From NCBI RefSeq assembly GCF_009914755.1, contig NC_060936.1: a stretch of 64,000 nt of DNA; one strand, 5' to 3'. Source of the DNA: the human T2T-CHM13v2.0 reference genome, Homo sapiens. Shown here one piece after another: positions 38,391-52,166 of the stretch (positions are counted from its first letter, which is position 1; each line of letters begins with the position of its first letter). The notes beneath the pieces were generated by a model. It was not told the DNA's origin. It saw only the letters and a list, made by a program, of their open reading frames with translations, and did no database searches. The position numbers and the translations under genes were made by a program.

Positions 38391-38829
38391 TTTTGCTTAT
38401 TTTAATAGCAACTTCAAAATTTATTATAATAGCAACTTCAAATCTCTTTTGAAAGTGGGTAATCTATAAAAAACCAGTATCTTCTGTTCTTAAAAATCTC
38501 TTTAACAACAAGATATGCTTTTATCTGATCCTTTGCTTTCAGAACTACATCCCAGCCCCTTCATATCCCACTAAAAAGGGGCAGAGAAATGCCTACATAA
38601 TATCTACCCAAATATAAATTCTTATTTGAGTTGGTGCTTTTTAAGGTGCATCTGATTCTTCATTTCCACCTTTACTAGGAATGGATTTGACACTACAGAC
38701 CCTCACTGATCAGTGGAAGACACTTGTAGGGAAGTAAAGATACCCTTCCTCACTCACCAAGTCTCTACAGGTGCTTGGGCATTTTCTGACTAAGTGATCC
38801 TGGAATATAACTGCACCTGTGTGGCATCT

Positions 38830-39251
38830 GATATTATGGGTTAGATGTGTGCCCCTTCCAAATCTCATGTTGAAATGTGACCTCCAATGTTGGAGGTGGG
38901 GCCAGGTGGGAGGTGTCTGGATTATGGCGGCAGATCCCTCATGAATGGCTTGGTGCCATCCTCACAATAATGAGTGAGTTCTCGCTCTGTCTTTACACAA
39001 GATCTGGTTGTTTAAAAGATGTGGCACATCCTCCCTCTCTCTCTCTTGCACTCTCCCTTGCCATGTGATACCTACTCCCCCTTCACCTTCCTCCACGATT
39101 GGAAGCTTCCTGAGGACCTCACCCAAAGCAGATGCCAGCACCACATTTCCTGTACAGCTTGCAGAACCATGAGCCAAAATTCACCTCTTTTCTCTATAAA
39201 TTACTCAGTCTCGGGTATTTCTTTATAGCAATGCAAAAGCAGACTAACATA
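38830..39251 (+). mobile_element. MST (MSTB-like, MaLR) solo LTR
   Basis: ccaaatctcatgttgaaatgtga...gatccctcatgaatggcttggtgcc...gcagaaccatgagccaa...ctttatagcaatgcaa. Confidence 0.88.
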
Positions 39252-40877
39252 TTACCTCTAACAAGTGGTGTGTCTAGAGTCACCCTCTTGGTTTCTAGAT
39301 GTGTCATGAAGATATAGAGGGATCATCCAAAAATCAGTGGAAAAGCCAATTTTCTTCTGAGGGATTTCAGTCTTGATGATGAAGCATTTCAATACAGAAG
39401 TTACCCTCTCCCACAATAAACTCTCTTTTCTTTGGTCGATATTTATAAGGAGCCACTTAAGGAAACCACAAACAACGTGAAAAATTAGTTTAAATTAATG
39501 TATTTTCTGAAAATCATGGTCTAGTGGCTGAAATTTATACTTAAGCACCACTCGATATGTTTTTAATGAAGTCAGTGCAATGTTTTTAAGAAACCACTAC
39601 ATATTTATTCGACGTCAAAGCAGGACATTTGTTTTAAAAGCCAAGGCATGTTAACAGAAGTTGGGGGAAAAGACAATAATTATTTAGTGAATCCTGGGCA
39701 GTGGCATTGCGTTTGAGGTCTTCCTCAATAGTTGACTCATCTGGAAACCCAGTCCTGAAATAGAGTTTAGCAAACATAGTGATGGCAAGAATACTAACCA
39801 GGCAGTGTCGTGTCCTAAGCAGAGATGGTTCCCGCACACAAATATTCCACTTCCTGGCACATACGCCCACCTCTTGGTCTGGCGTCACCTGGATTTTGAG
39901 TTCATCATTGGCTACAGTAGTCTCTACCAATGGATCTTATACTAGACATAAACTTATTTTGGTCATTGATGATAATGTTTGTCCTCTTCTATTTGCATGT
40001 GTTCATTACAGTACCTCCCTGATATTGATCTAGTGCTCTATGGCTTACCAAAGACAACCGTGAGAAGGAGGCAGGGAAGGGATTTCCATCCTCCAGATGG
40101 GGAAAGCAGCTCAGAGAAGTTATGGCATTTACCTCAATGGAGAGCAGGGACTAGGACCCAAGTCTGGCTCTGAAACAGAGAGCATTTTCCACTAGAAGCT
40201 CCTTCATCCACCATATGAAAACCTGTTGCCATACTTCACCCAAACAGGGACAGCTTTAGAAATATGCCTTTCCCTTTTCTCCAGTGAGGGTCAGGAGCAG
40301 ACTCTGGGCTGCGGCAGGGTGTAGTTTGACTTCTGGCTCTGGTGTTCACTGGCTTTGGGTTCTTGAGCAGAAGCAGAGTTTCTCTGAGCCTCCGTTTCCC
40401 CTCTCCTTCCACCCCATACACCATCTCTGCCCAGTCAGATGAGAGACTCTAGGTTCAGTGAGGGCTGACATTTACATAAATGTGGGATAATACATCACTC
40501 AGAGTGGAGAAAGAGTGGGATCTTCTGTAGCTTAAGATGGGCAATTTCTTAGATTCATCTTGGTTTGGAGAGCTGCTTGCTGGGAAGGAACTAGACTGAT
40601 TCTCCTGGACACTGTGAGATACCCTACTCCTAATCCAAAATCAGCCTTTATCAGAGTGGATCCACCATAGAGGGGATGTCTCCACATGGAAGAGGAGTTT
40701 AGGCTAGTGAACTTGGCTTAATACAAAGAGCTGGGAGTTCCTGGGGAAGAGCTGAATTTGGCATGGTATGTGGTGAGGCCAAGACCCTCCAGGATCTCAT
40801 CTTTGTGGCACGATAGGGACAACCTTGGAGCCCGAGTGTGGCTCATGACTTCATTGTGATTAGAAATCTATTCATCA

Positions 40878-41850
40878 AGATGGGACCTAATTAAACTAAA
40901 AAGCTTCTGCACAGCCAAAGAAATAATCAGCAGAGTAAACAGACAACCCACAGAGTGGGAGATAATATTCACAATCTATGCATCTGACAAAAGGTGAATA
41001 TCCAGAATCTACAAGGACTCAAACAAAGCAGCAAGAAAAAAATAATAATCCCATCAAAAAGTGGGCAAAGTACATGAACAGACCATTCTCAAAGGCATAC
41101 AAATGTCAAGAAACATATGAAAAAAATGTTCAACATCATTAATTACCAGGAAAATACAAATTAAAACCACAATGAGATACCACCTTACTCCTGCAAGAAT
41201 GGCCATAATTGAAAAATCAAAAAATAATAGATGTTGGCATTGATGTGGTGGAAAGGGAATGCTTTTACACCGCTGGTGGGAATGTAAACTAGTACAACCA
41301 CTATGGAAAACAGTATGAAGATTCCTTAAAGAACTAAAAGTAGATCTAACATATGATCCAGCACTCCCACTCCTGGGTATCCACACAGAGGAAAAGAAGT
41401 CATTATATGAAAAAGATACTTGTACACGCATGTTTACAGCACAATTCACAATTGCAAAAATACGGAACCAGCCTAAATGCCCATCAACTAACAAGTGGAA
41501 AAAGAAAATGTGGTATATATACACCATGGAATACTACTCAGCCATTAAAAGGAATGAAATAATGGCATTCATAGCAACTTGGATGGAATTGGAGATCATT
41601 ATTCTAAGTGAAGTAACTCAGGAATGGAAAACCAAACATTGTGTGTTCTCACTCTTAAGTAGGAGCTAAGCTATGAGCACGCAAAGGCATCAGAATGATA
41701 CGATGGACTTTGGGGACTCAGGGGGAAGGGTGGCAGGGTAAGGGATAAAAGACTACACACTGGGTGCAGTGTACACTGCTTGGGTGACAGGTGCACCAGA
41801 ATCTCAGAAATCACCACTAAAGAACTTATCCATGTAACCAAAAAAAAAAG
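40878..41850 (+). mobile_element. 5'-truncated L1PB (L1PB1-like) 3' ~1 kb
   Basis: ORF2 C-terminus ([18 protein letters not shown]...[13 protein letters not shown]) and L1PB 3'UTR. TSD agaaatctattcatcaaga (40862-40880) / agaaacctgttcatcaaga (42098-42116). Confidence 0.92.
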
Positions 41851-42051
41851 AAAGAGAGAGAGAGAGAGGGAGGGAGGGAGAGAGAGAGAGAGAGAAAGAA
41901 GAAAGAAAGAAAAGAAAGAAAGAAAGAAGAAAGAAAGAAAGAAAGAAAAGAAAGAGAAAGAAAGAAAGAAAAGAAAGAAGGAAGAAAGAAAAGAAAGAAA
42001 GAAAGAAAGAAAGGGAAAGGAAAGGGAAGGAAAGGAAAGGAAAGGAAAGGA

Positions 42052-42095
<44 letters not shown>

Positions 42096-42100
42096 AAAGA
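41839..42100. repeat. ~260-bp pure polypurine compound microsatellite (GA/GGGA/GAAA/GGAAA)
   Basis: No pyrimidines on the + strand. Lies between the L1 3'UTR and the downstream TSD. Confidence 0.95.
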
Positions 42101-42744
42101 AACCTGTTCATCAAGAGCAGCAATGTGGAGAGGGCAAGTGTCCCCACATGTGCCACATGGAGCATTTGCCAAAGAGGACTGAAGACTCTTCTGCTATTTC
42201 TTTAGGGGAGTCTGTGAAAACCTGCTCTGAATGAAGTACGCTCTAGGGAATTTGGATGAATCTAGGGCAGGAGACCTCAAGAGGGAAATGTGCATGACCT
42301 CTTGACCTAGCTTTGTTAAAAACCATGTGGGCATGCATGTGATTAATGGGGAAAAGAGGGACTTTAATCCAAGCTGGTGGTGTGGATCACACTAGGTAAG
42401 TGTAAAATGAGCAATACAAACTGTTCACAGGAGCTTATGAAGGCTGAACATGGAGATGAGTGGGGAGTTCTTAGCACAGAAAGTGGCTCCTAGTAGGTGG
42501 CATGGTGGTGGTATTACTTTTATCACACCCTGTCCACTGGCATTTCTCCTTAGGCCTCCAGCAGAGAGCGCAGGGGTGGCATGTGCAGTCCAAGGTGGGC
42601 AGCAGCATATTCATAAGCCCAGGCTGGAGTCTAAACCCCAGAGTGGAAGTCCTTGTAGCTGTGTGACTTGGGTAAGTTGCTTAACCCCTCCAGGCTTCAG
42701 TTCAGTGACTATTAAAACAGAGTTAATGATGATGGGTAAATTTA

Positions 42745-43325
42745 CAGTGAAGCTAGTATAGTTTTGACTTCAAGGTGCCTTTCAAGGGTGCCCAGTACTC
42801 TAAGGATATATGGATAGTGGAGGGGAAACAACTTTCTTAGAGCTTATATAGGGAAAAAAAGAAAACTTGATAGACATTTTCCCAAATTTGACAGTAAGAT
42901 TCACATGAAATTACCAATAATCAGGTGTGGAACTGAAAGAAAATTTTCTAAGTTGGTATTTTCTATCAGAAATACAAAGCAAATGTTGATCAAACTTGCT
43001 GGAAGAAAGATTGAATTATCTTTTCTTCTCCTTATTGAAAATATTGTTATGAAAAAGCAATCAAAGAGCATGCAGCCAAGGATGTGGAGGGGAAAGCATT
43101 GAAATATTATAAACATATGTGTCAGTTCATAAAAAGTGAAGTTATTTGTGTTTTCTGATGACATGTGTGATATTAGCCTGAAATTTATATTTTGTTGTGA
43201 TTTCCATTTTCATGCTAAATAAATACAACTGCACCTGATTCTATTTTATAACCGTGGGTGCTTTTTTTTAACCGTCTCTAAAATTATAGGATCTTCTATC
43301 CCCACAAAACCAGGATCTGCCCACT
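42745..43325 (+). mobile_element. MER115/Zaphod (hAT-Tip100) element with decayed transposase C-terminus
   Basis: ORF 42905 MKLPIIRCGTERKFSKL... and gaagaaagattgaattatctt (EERLNYL) fit a hAT dimerisation domain. Ends ccccacaaaaccaggatctgccc. Confidence 0.75.
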
Positions 43326-44259
43326 TTAATGATGCTACCTGCTTTTGACATAACGTACATGGAAAAGTGCTGTACTTCTGCTGTCCACATACGTGGAGAA
43401 GAACTTTACAGGGGTATCTGGAAGGAGATTGGGGACACTGAGAAGAAAGATAAAATCAAGGAAGGAAAAAAGAATCAAAAGAGACAAGTGGATCTAGAGA
43501 AGCCTGGAGTTGGCAAATGAGAAAGCCAAGTCTGAAGGTGACAGGACAGGGAACAAGAAGAGTTTACTAGAGAAGTAGGAATGAGGCCCGTCGAAAAGGG
43601 ATAGGGAGGCCTATGTTAGGGTCTCATCTGTTTCTCAACTAGCAGCCTCACCCAGACCAAGCAAATGTGGTTCTTGATAGAAGCTGACACATACTCTGAA
43701 GAATTTGATGCAGGCCAACCAGAGTCCATCATGCTGGGAGAAAACTAGGAGCAGGTTATGATGTGGGATCCATGTCAAAACATTGCCTCTTTCCTTTAGG
43801 GCCTGTGGCTTCATTCCCCTAATTAGAGAGGACATCCTGGCTTGGAAGCCTCAGTCCTCCACTCCTCTCTCTGTTAGGCCGACAGGAAGTGAGAGAAAGG
43901 AGGGGCAATAAAACACGAAGGTTCCTGAACTCATGTGCAGAGCTGTCTTTTTGAATTCCCATCTGGCTTTTGCCTTGTACTTCCTTTCTGGAGATAAAGC
44001 TGTACAAGCCTTGGGAAGGTGGAAGAGTTAAGTGGGTTCCACCGGGTCAGGATGCAATTCCTGAGAATGACTTCCAGCCTGGTTCGGAAGGGATCTGTCC
44101 CTGGGAACACTACCATTTGCTGCTGTGGAGGAGAACAGGAAAGAAGAGGATGGGGGCAGCAGGCTCACCAGATGTGCAAATAGGGCTGCCTTCTTTTTAT
44201 TATGATGAGGATTACTATAGTTTCTGGGGAACAACAGGTGCTGTTTGGTTCCATCGATG

Positions 44260-44980
<721 letters not shown>

Positions 44981-45027
44981 CCTTCTGAGGAATTGTCGGC
45001 TGCGCTTTCCAGACCTTCCTGGCTGTG

Positions 45028-45067
45028 CCGGAAGTGGCGGGTTCTGCTCTCTGGCGCCCTCTGCTGT
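45028..45067 (-). promoter_or_regulatory. Predicted CTCF site (45051-45067) with adjacent ETS motif CCGGAAGT (45028-45035)
   Basis: The reverse complement ACAGCAGAGGGCGCCAG closely fits the CTCF core CCASYAGRKGGCRS. CpGs are locally retained. Confidence 0.6.
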
Positions 45068-45599
45068 AGCAGAGCGGATCAGATACTGCCATAGGGCAGG
45101 GCAAGGCTGAAAATCACGGTCAATGATTACCCCCACTTATTTGGATTGGGCTATCTGAGACACAAATGCCCAGGGCCTGAGTTGCGGAAGACGATGGCAG
45201 TGTGGAAGGTAAGACTGAGTCATCGACAGTGATCCACACTCTTCACTTCAGCCATACTGTCGAGAACCTGTTGGATTGTACTTGACAGAACAAGAATGAA
45301 TGTTAGAGCTTATCCAGCCCAGCCTCCTGATTCACTAGCCAAGGAATGTGTGTTGGAAAATAGACACTGCAGGTAAAGGTAAGGGCATCATTGGCAAAGG
45401 AAGTGCAGGTGAGTAGGGCTATGGGTGGCTAGCCCTACTCTCTTCCAGAGGAACCGTGAGAGTTTCGTATGAGTAAGAGCTCAAATGCTGCTTGAAAAAC
45501 ATAGTGGGGAGGATAGATTGATTCAGGGGAAGGGGACAGAGAAAAGAGTAACACTGGGAGGAGTGTGCTTCTGAAGTATAGGGGAATGGGACAAGGACA

Positions 45600-46100
45600 T
45601 CACATGTTGAGAAAGAAGATGGTGGACTGAAGATTAAAAACTGGAGAACCAAGCTAAAACTGGAGTGTTTTCCCAAAGCAACCGAAACAGTCAGAATAGA
45701 TATGCTGAGATCCGTTCCTGTGCTGGAAGAATACTTTTCAGAGATGAAAAGTAAGTAACTGTGCAGACCAAATATGATCATTACATTTTAGGCCACATTA
45801 AATAAAAGAAACGCACATGGAGACACATCCCAGTGAAATTTTTGAGTTACAAGAATAAATTTCAAAACCCTGCTAGCACCAAAGCAGTAGGGGAAAAAGG
45901 CTTACAAAAGCATATCAATCAGGCTTCTTCCAGAGGCTGTTCCTCTGAAACCCTAGAAGAGTGTGGATTAATCGCCATAGCCACAATATTTTGAAAGGAA
46001 GAATGGTGATCTGAGAATGGTAAATCCAGCCAAGTCATTGTTCCAACATAAAAGCAATTTCAGAGATGTATATGCTCAGAGAATATACCACCCAAATACC
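45600..46100 (+). mobile_element. Ancient L1 ORF1/HAL1-like fragment
   Basis: agacacatcccagtgaaattt...atcaggctt...ctgagaatggtaaatccagccaag...ctcagagaatataccaccc resembles the ORF1 C-terminal half. Confidence 0.5.
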
Positions 46101-46103
46101 CCA

Positions 46104-46480
46104 TGTCTTAGGTCAGTTTCTCTGGAAAGCAGAGTCTAAGACCTGCAGACCTTGCGTGCTAGAGATTCCTGGGGCATCTGCTTAGTGAGGGAAGCAGAAT
46201 TAGGCGGAGGGAGAAGTCGAACTGCAATATGTTGCAACAGAGGCCTCAGCCAATCCCACAGAAAGCTCTGGAGCTGGAGTAGCATTTAGAGTTGGAATCA
46301 AGGCAAGGTGGGCCTTACCCCCCTGCAGTGATGAGTCACTGGATGTGGGCTGCCCCAGAGTGGGACAGTGACCATGGCCTGGGCAGTTCCCTTACAGCTG
46401 AGGCAATTCCAGAGTGACCCACCTGTGACCATCACCAGCTGAGGAATGAACACCTAAGTCCTGAGGGACTTTGGTGGCAA
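46104..46480 (-). mobile_element. LTR16A-like (ERVL) LTR
   Basis: gcaacagaggcctcagccaatcccacagaaagctctggagctgg...gtcactggatgtgggctgcccc. Confidence 0.7.
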
Positions 46481-46709
46481 CTTTAACACGACCTTGTTAA
46501 TTTTTTTTCAACCTGAAGGTGTAGTCAGGTGAACCAAGGGACGGAAATGACAATATAAAAAGAGCAAAGAGTTTTCCTAATTCATTTTTAACCACAAACC
46601 CTGCATGGCTATATATTTCAAATAAGCTATGGGGCAAAGATTCGTCCCTTGGTTTCCCATCTCATTCTTTTCCTTGCTCCAGGAAATGCTTTCCACAGCC
46701 TGCTGGAAT

Positions 46710-47020
46710 TGTAGAAAAAAACAACGGGTTCTTGTCACATGCCCGGGATAATTTAGGCACATGGACACATTGTAGGGTGAGTAGGGCAGGGTTTATTGGG
46801 TGAAAAGGAAAGAATCTCTCAGCAAAGTGAGAGGAGTTCCTGTTAACAGACCCCCATCTCACAGATTGAATCCCAGGTCACCACCCAGGCACTGGAGAGG
46901 CTAGGCTCCTCCCCTCTGCAAACTGCTCAAACTTCCCCAGTCTCTACCCCCTCCTCCCAGTGCAGGCTGGTGGAAGATTCTCCGGGGACCGTCCCCCTTA
47001 TCTTCCTCCTGCATCTATCA
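46710..47020 (-). mobile_element. MER61-type (ERV1) solo LTR
   Basis: Antisense start tgatagatgcaggaggaagataaggggg...ccccggagaatct. 4-bp TSD GAAT at 46706-46709 and 47021-47024. Confidence 0.8.
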
Positions 47021-48212
47021 GAATGTCCTACCACAATTTATGACCACTCAGAAGAGCAACTGGCACATTCCCTTTCTATTTTTCTTAACAATGACTAATC
47101 TACCTGCAAGGTTAGAATATTGTGCTGGGAGGATTAGCAAAACAAAAGAATCCTATTTCTCTTACTGAAAAGCAAAATTAGGCCATTTCATTGAGCAGAG
47201 ATGTAGTGGCAATTTTCTCCATCTTTAAAAGCTTTCTTGAGGATAGAATAATTCCATCATCACAAGTGGGATGTAGTAGACCCTTTGGATCTGGAAGGGC
47301 TGTGAAGGAGAGCACGTGAAGGAACGTCTCATCTCTTACTTTATACTATTCTTTTGCACAAAGAGCACATAAAGAAAATAGCCTTAAGATTATTTATCTG
47401 AATCAACCATCAAGTTGATTTCATTTATTTTTGTTTTTCATAAGAAAAGAATGGCGAAACCACTCAGTGACAGACAACCCTTCATAACAGCGTCTACCTG
47501 GGGCTGGTAGATGTCTCTGTTAACAAAGTCTAGAAGTTAGTGTGTGTGGAGTGATTGCAATTGTACATGAAAATAAGTGAATGGGAAAAAAGACTGATTG
47601 CAAATTAGTTCTTGGAGGTAAAAATTCAGGTAATTTAAACTTTTTACTTGACATTTTATTTCTTGCATTTTCTAAGTCTTCTTCAATGAGCATGGATCAC
47701 TTTTATAATTAAACCAAATAAATGCTATTACAAATCAATGAATGTTATTGTACATATACCATAGGATCACAATTAAACTGAATTATTAACTACTATTATT
47801 TCTAGAAAGGAGGAATTGGATAATGAGCAATTTCTTTTTCTTTCTTCAGTGTTTCAGATTTTTGCTCACAATTTTTTTTTTTTGGCATGTCACAATGGAA
47901 TAAAAAATGTTCATTATTTCCTTAAAGAGCTCAGGGAAGGAGTCTTCATTGTTTGCTTTATTTTTAAATTGAAAGTGCACCTACCATGTCTTCACCCAGG
48001 TTAGCAAGTCCGTTGGAAAGTTCTCTTTACTTAGCCTAAACCTCTACCGCTGCTGGGGTGAAGCAAGCACATCTGGTGGTCTGGCTAGTAACATGAGTGC
48101 TACTGAGACTTTGGGCCTGGGGATGGGGGCAAATTATAAAATTCCTATATTCCTTCTAGTGGAAAAGGGGAAGAAAGTTGAATCCCTCCCGAGCATAAAT
48201 CTGTCTATGGTC

Positions 48213-48600
48213 TGTGATATAGTGAAGTACACATTTGGACTTCATCCTTGTTTCTTGACATATAACTCCTAAAATCAGTGGAATCCCAAAGTGAAGTGTC
48301 ATTTCGTATGCTAATGAGTTGATGGCTGGCAGACCCTGGGTAGCTTCAGGATGGGGCTGGTCACCAGAAAGACGGAGGCAGCATTAGAGGGTTGAGACTT
48401 TCAGTCCCACCCCCAACATGTGGAGAGGGGAGAGGGGCTGTAGGTTAAGTTGTTCAAGGACGGCCAGTGATTTAACCAATCCTGCCTACTGATGAAGCTT
48501 CCATAAAAACCAAAAATGACTGGGTTCCACAGCTGCCAGATAGCTGAACACTTGGAGGTTCCTGGAGGTGGCAGCCAGAGAGCCTGTACCCTCACTCCCA
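48213..48600 (+). mobile_element. Second MER21-type LTR (partial)
   Basis: Collinear with 24579-24980 (gggtagcttcagg...gaggggagaggggctg..aggttaagttg). Confidence 0.8.
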
Positions 48601-48813
48601 GCACGCTTACCTTGCTCTTCTTTTTCCTTTTGCACAGCAGAGATCACCTTCTGACCCACTGTATACTAGTAGTTTGCTCTCACTGTTGCTCTGCCTCTCT
48701 GACCCACACACAGAGCATAAGCTCCTGAGGGCAGGAATCTGTGTTCTGTGGGGTGATGTATCCAAAGCACCTCACAGAGGCTGACACATAGTAGAAGCTC
48801 AGTACACACTTTT

Positions 48814-49119
<306 letters not shown>

Positions 49120-49213
49120 TCAGTACACACTTTTGAATGAATCTATGTTTATTGGAATAAAAGGACTGATGAGACACATGTAGTGAAAAAAGATGAAAAG
49201 ACAGCACATATAG

Positions 49214-49680
49214 CATGAAAGGAAGATAAAAACTCAGGACCCCAAAGCAATCTGCCAAAAGGAAAAAATGAAGCTGAAAGCTGAGTCATGCAAGAAACTG
49301 CCTTTCCTTTTGCTCCTAAGCAGACAGCTACACAGAAAAGTCTAGATAGCTCCACAGGAAGCTACTCTACGTTCACCTTATCTTATGTAAAATGCTGATT
49401 TACTGAGCACCAGAAAAACACAAAATCAGCTGTTCTCCTACCTGCTCCTTTTCTCTTGTAACATGTGGATTCAGTAACAAGATCACACCCTCCCTCTTAC
49501 CCACCCTCAGCCCACTTTTTACCTTTAAATATTGAAGCCCTCAACATCATCTTCAGAAAAAGGCACAGACCACAGACCTTCTGTGATTCCGTGTTCTTTC
49601 CTTCTGGGGATGTCCTTCACCTTGGCAAAATAAACTTCCAAATTGATTGAGACTTGTCTCAGATACTTTTCTGCTTTAAA
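49214..49680 (+). mobile_element. MER4-group (ERV1) solo LTR
   Basis: tgaaaggaagataaaaactcaggaccccaaa...ccttggcaaaataaactt...tgattgagacttgtctcagatac. 4-bp TSD ATAG at 49210-49213 and 49681-49684. Confidence 0.75.
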
Positions 49681-50248
49681 ATAGCATAACTGTGGTTAAA
49701 AGAAATTAGATGTGTGTGAGGGGGGAATGAGAGTCTCCAAGACACAGCAAGTGCCAATGCCAATTATAGATTTGGGGATTGTGGGTGATTTTATTTGCTT
49801 CATTGTTTGTTGGACTATCCGAACATTTCTTGGTATGCGAGCTTAACCTTTATGATGATACAAAAATGTTTCTTTTAATTTAAAAAAGAGGAAGAAAAAC
49901 AAGTGGGTCCTGAACCAGCCATGAGCAGCCAGTGGGCCTGGAGATAGCACAGTTGGAGCCAAGTGGGTGTCTTGGCGGTGGAGGCAGCCCTCAACCTTGA
50001 CCATGGACTGTCACTGCTTCCTGCAAATGTCAACACCACCCACACTGGCAGTCATCCCTGGGGATTGCTTCCTTTGATAGGCCTGGAATCTCCGTGTCAT
50101 CAATGCTCCTTGCAATTACAACTTCCTCCCACTGGTCACCGCACTCTCCCCAAATCAGGTAAAGCCTATTGTCAAATGATGCAGTGTTCCATACTGCTGT
50201 AGTTTGAACCTCAGCTCAAGTGGTAAGTTTGCATATTAAGATGTGAGA

Positions 50249-50540
<292 letters not shown>

Positions 50541-51099
50541 ATCTGAGGAAATTAAAACTGGTTGTAAGATTTCCTGTACAGGAGTGGCCTGGTACACGTT
50601 AGCCTACCGCTCTCACTAAGAGCTGTATCTATGTCCTATTAGTCCCACAAAAGAAGAAGCCGCTTTCCTGAGCGAGGTTTGGCAGTCAGTGCAATTCTGC
50701 ATGTTCCTAGGAGGAAATCAGAAAGGTGGTGGGCAGCACTGGTGACCAGCCAGCACCTACAGGCCCGCACATTGCCAGGTGTGCTCAAACAGCAGAACCA
50801 TAGCTCTCATTTTTCCTCTGGAGTACCATCCCCCCTGCAACTTCCACTCAGACATTTCGTTGGACTCTAGTCCCGCTGACCTGCAAGGAACCAGGATGAA
50901 GTGATTGTGCAACAGATTTCTGGGCAGCAGGTGGGCCTGAGGTGTATGAACGGCAATGATGAGTGATGTTTGGCCCGTGCTTCCAACTTTACAACATGAT
51001 CTCAGCACAGCACTCTGGGAAGCTGCTACCAATTGATTATGTTAGTATTGCAAGATGTAACCTCTTCACCATCGGGGTTTGTCATTAATTTGTATTTAG

Positions 51100-51325
51100 A
51101 ATGGTAAACCCCTTACCTCCTGTGCCTTCACACTTCCTGTCTACTTGTCTTACCTAATATTTCTCCACGGCACTTATTACTATCCAAAACACTGTACATT
51201 TAGCTTATCATCTGTCTTTCCCCGGGATGTAAGCTTCATGAGGCAGGGATTTTGTCTCCTTTATCTTCTGCTCTATCTCCAGTCTGAGAACAATGCCTGG
51301 CACATAGTAGAAGCTCAATAAATAG
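51100..51325 (+). mobile_element. L2 3' end
   Basis: gtaagcttcatgaggcagggatttt...acaatgcctggcacatagtagaagctcaataaata. Confidence 0.75.
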
Positions 51326-51495
51326 GAAAGGAAAGGAGAGGAGAGGAGAGGAGAGGAGAGGAGAGGAGAGGAGAGGAGAGGAGAGGAGAGGAGAGGAGAC
51401 GAGAGGAGAGGAGACGAGAGGAGAGGAGACGAGAGGAGAGGAGAGGAGAGGAGAGGAGAGGAGAGGAGAGGAAAAGAAAGGAAAGGAGAGAGAGA
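51325..51495. repeat. (GAGAG)n pentanucleotide polypurine repeat
   Basis: About 27 GAGAG-type units with three GAGAC variants, flanked by GGAAA units. Confidence 0.95.
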
Positions 51496-51499
51496 CAAG

Positions 51500-51552
51500 G
51501 CACCAAAGACAACAGATGCATCTTTATAAAGAATGTGTCCATTTATTTTATT
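51500..51552 (-). terminator. ANO2 polyadenylation signal (overlapping AATAAA x2) plus GU-rich downstream element
   Basis: Plus-strand tttatt at 51542-51547 and 51547-51552. On the minus strand TGTTGTCTTTGGTG follows about 30 nt downstream. Confidence 0.85.
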
Positions 51553-52166
51553 ATTTTAAATCTGAACTTTCATAAAATGATGGTTATCTGCATTTAGCTC
51601 CAAACGTTTTTGTGACGTGAAGTGGAGACAAGCCCAGGTTTGGACCTTTGCACCTTACTATCAGGTCCAGCGGCTGCACCATTCAGCCTTGTAACTTAAT
51701 TTGCATCTGCTGAGACTGTGGCAGCCCCACTGCAAGTGACTCAGTTTTCTTGTAGTGATAGTAAGTAGGGGATGCTGTGCTCCTGACTGCATTTCTCTTA
51801 CAGCTGGTCAAAGTCAGAAATGATGGTGAAGTACAAGAGGGTGCCCCAGGGTACATGGGAATGCTCGCGGTGCCTGAGACTCTGGGGTGGAGAGACCCCA
51901 GTGGGGTTCCAATCCCTCAAAAGGATGCAGCTTAAAAGGGGACCTAAAAGAAACTTAAGCTTGAAGTTTCTGAGATGTAGCATCATTTCTCTTCCTTCCT
52001 ACACTCATTCTGTCAGGCTCTTTCTTTTTACACACTGCCCCCTCTTCAAGACCCCATCAAGCCAGGCCCCTGCAGACAGACAGCACGCCATGTGGGTGTA
52101 GGAACATGCTTACGTGCATGTGCGTGTCTCTGCTGCCGTGCCCTCCTCTGCTGCAGGCTGAACTGC
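51522..52166 (-). other. ANO2: ANO2 3'UTR (3' end approximate)
   Basis: Repeat-free sequence between the TGA stop and the poly(A) signals. The cleavage site is inferred at ~51520-51530. Confidence 0.8.

Noticed and set aside
41671-42205. K/E/R-rich and F/L/S-rich ORFs of 122-164 aa
   Set aside because: They are translations of the polypurine microsatellite.
51208-51542. (SSPLL)n repeat proteins
   Set aside because: They are translations of the (CTCTC)n pentamer repeat.
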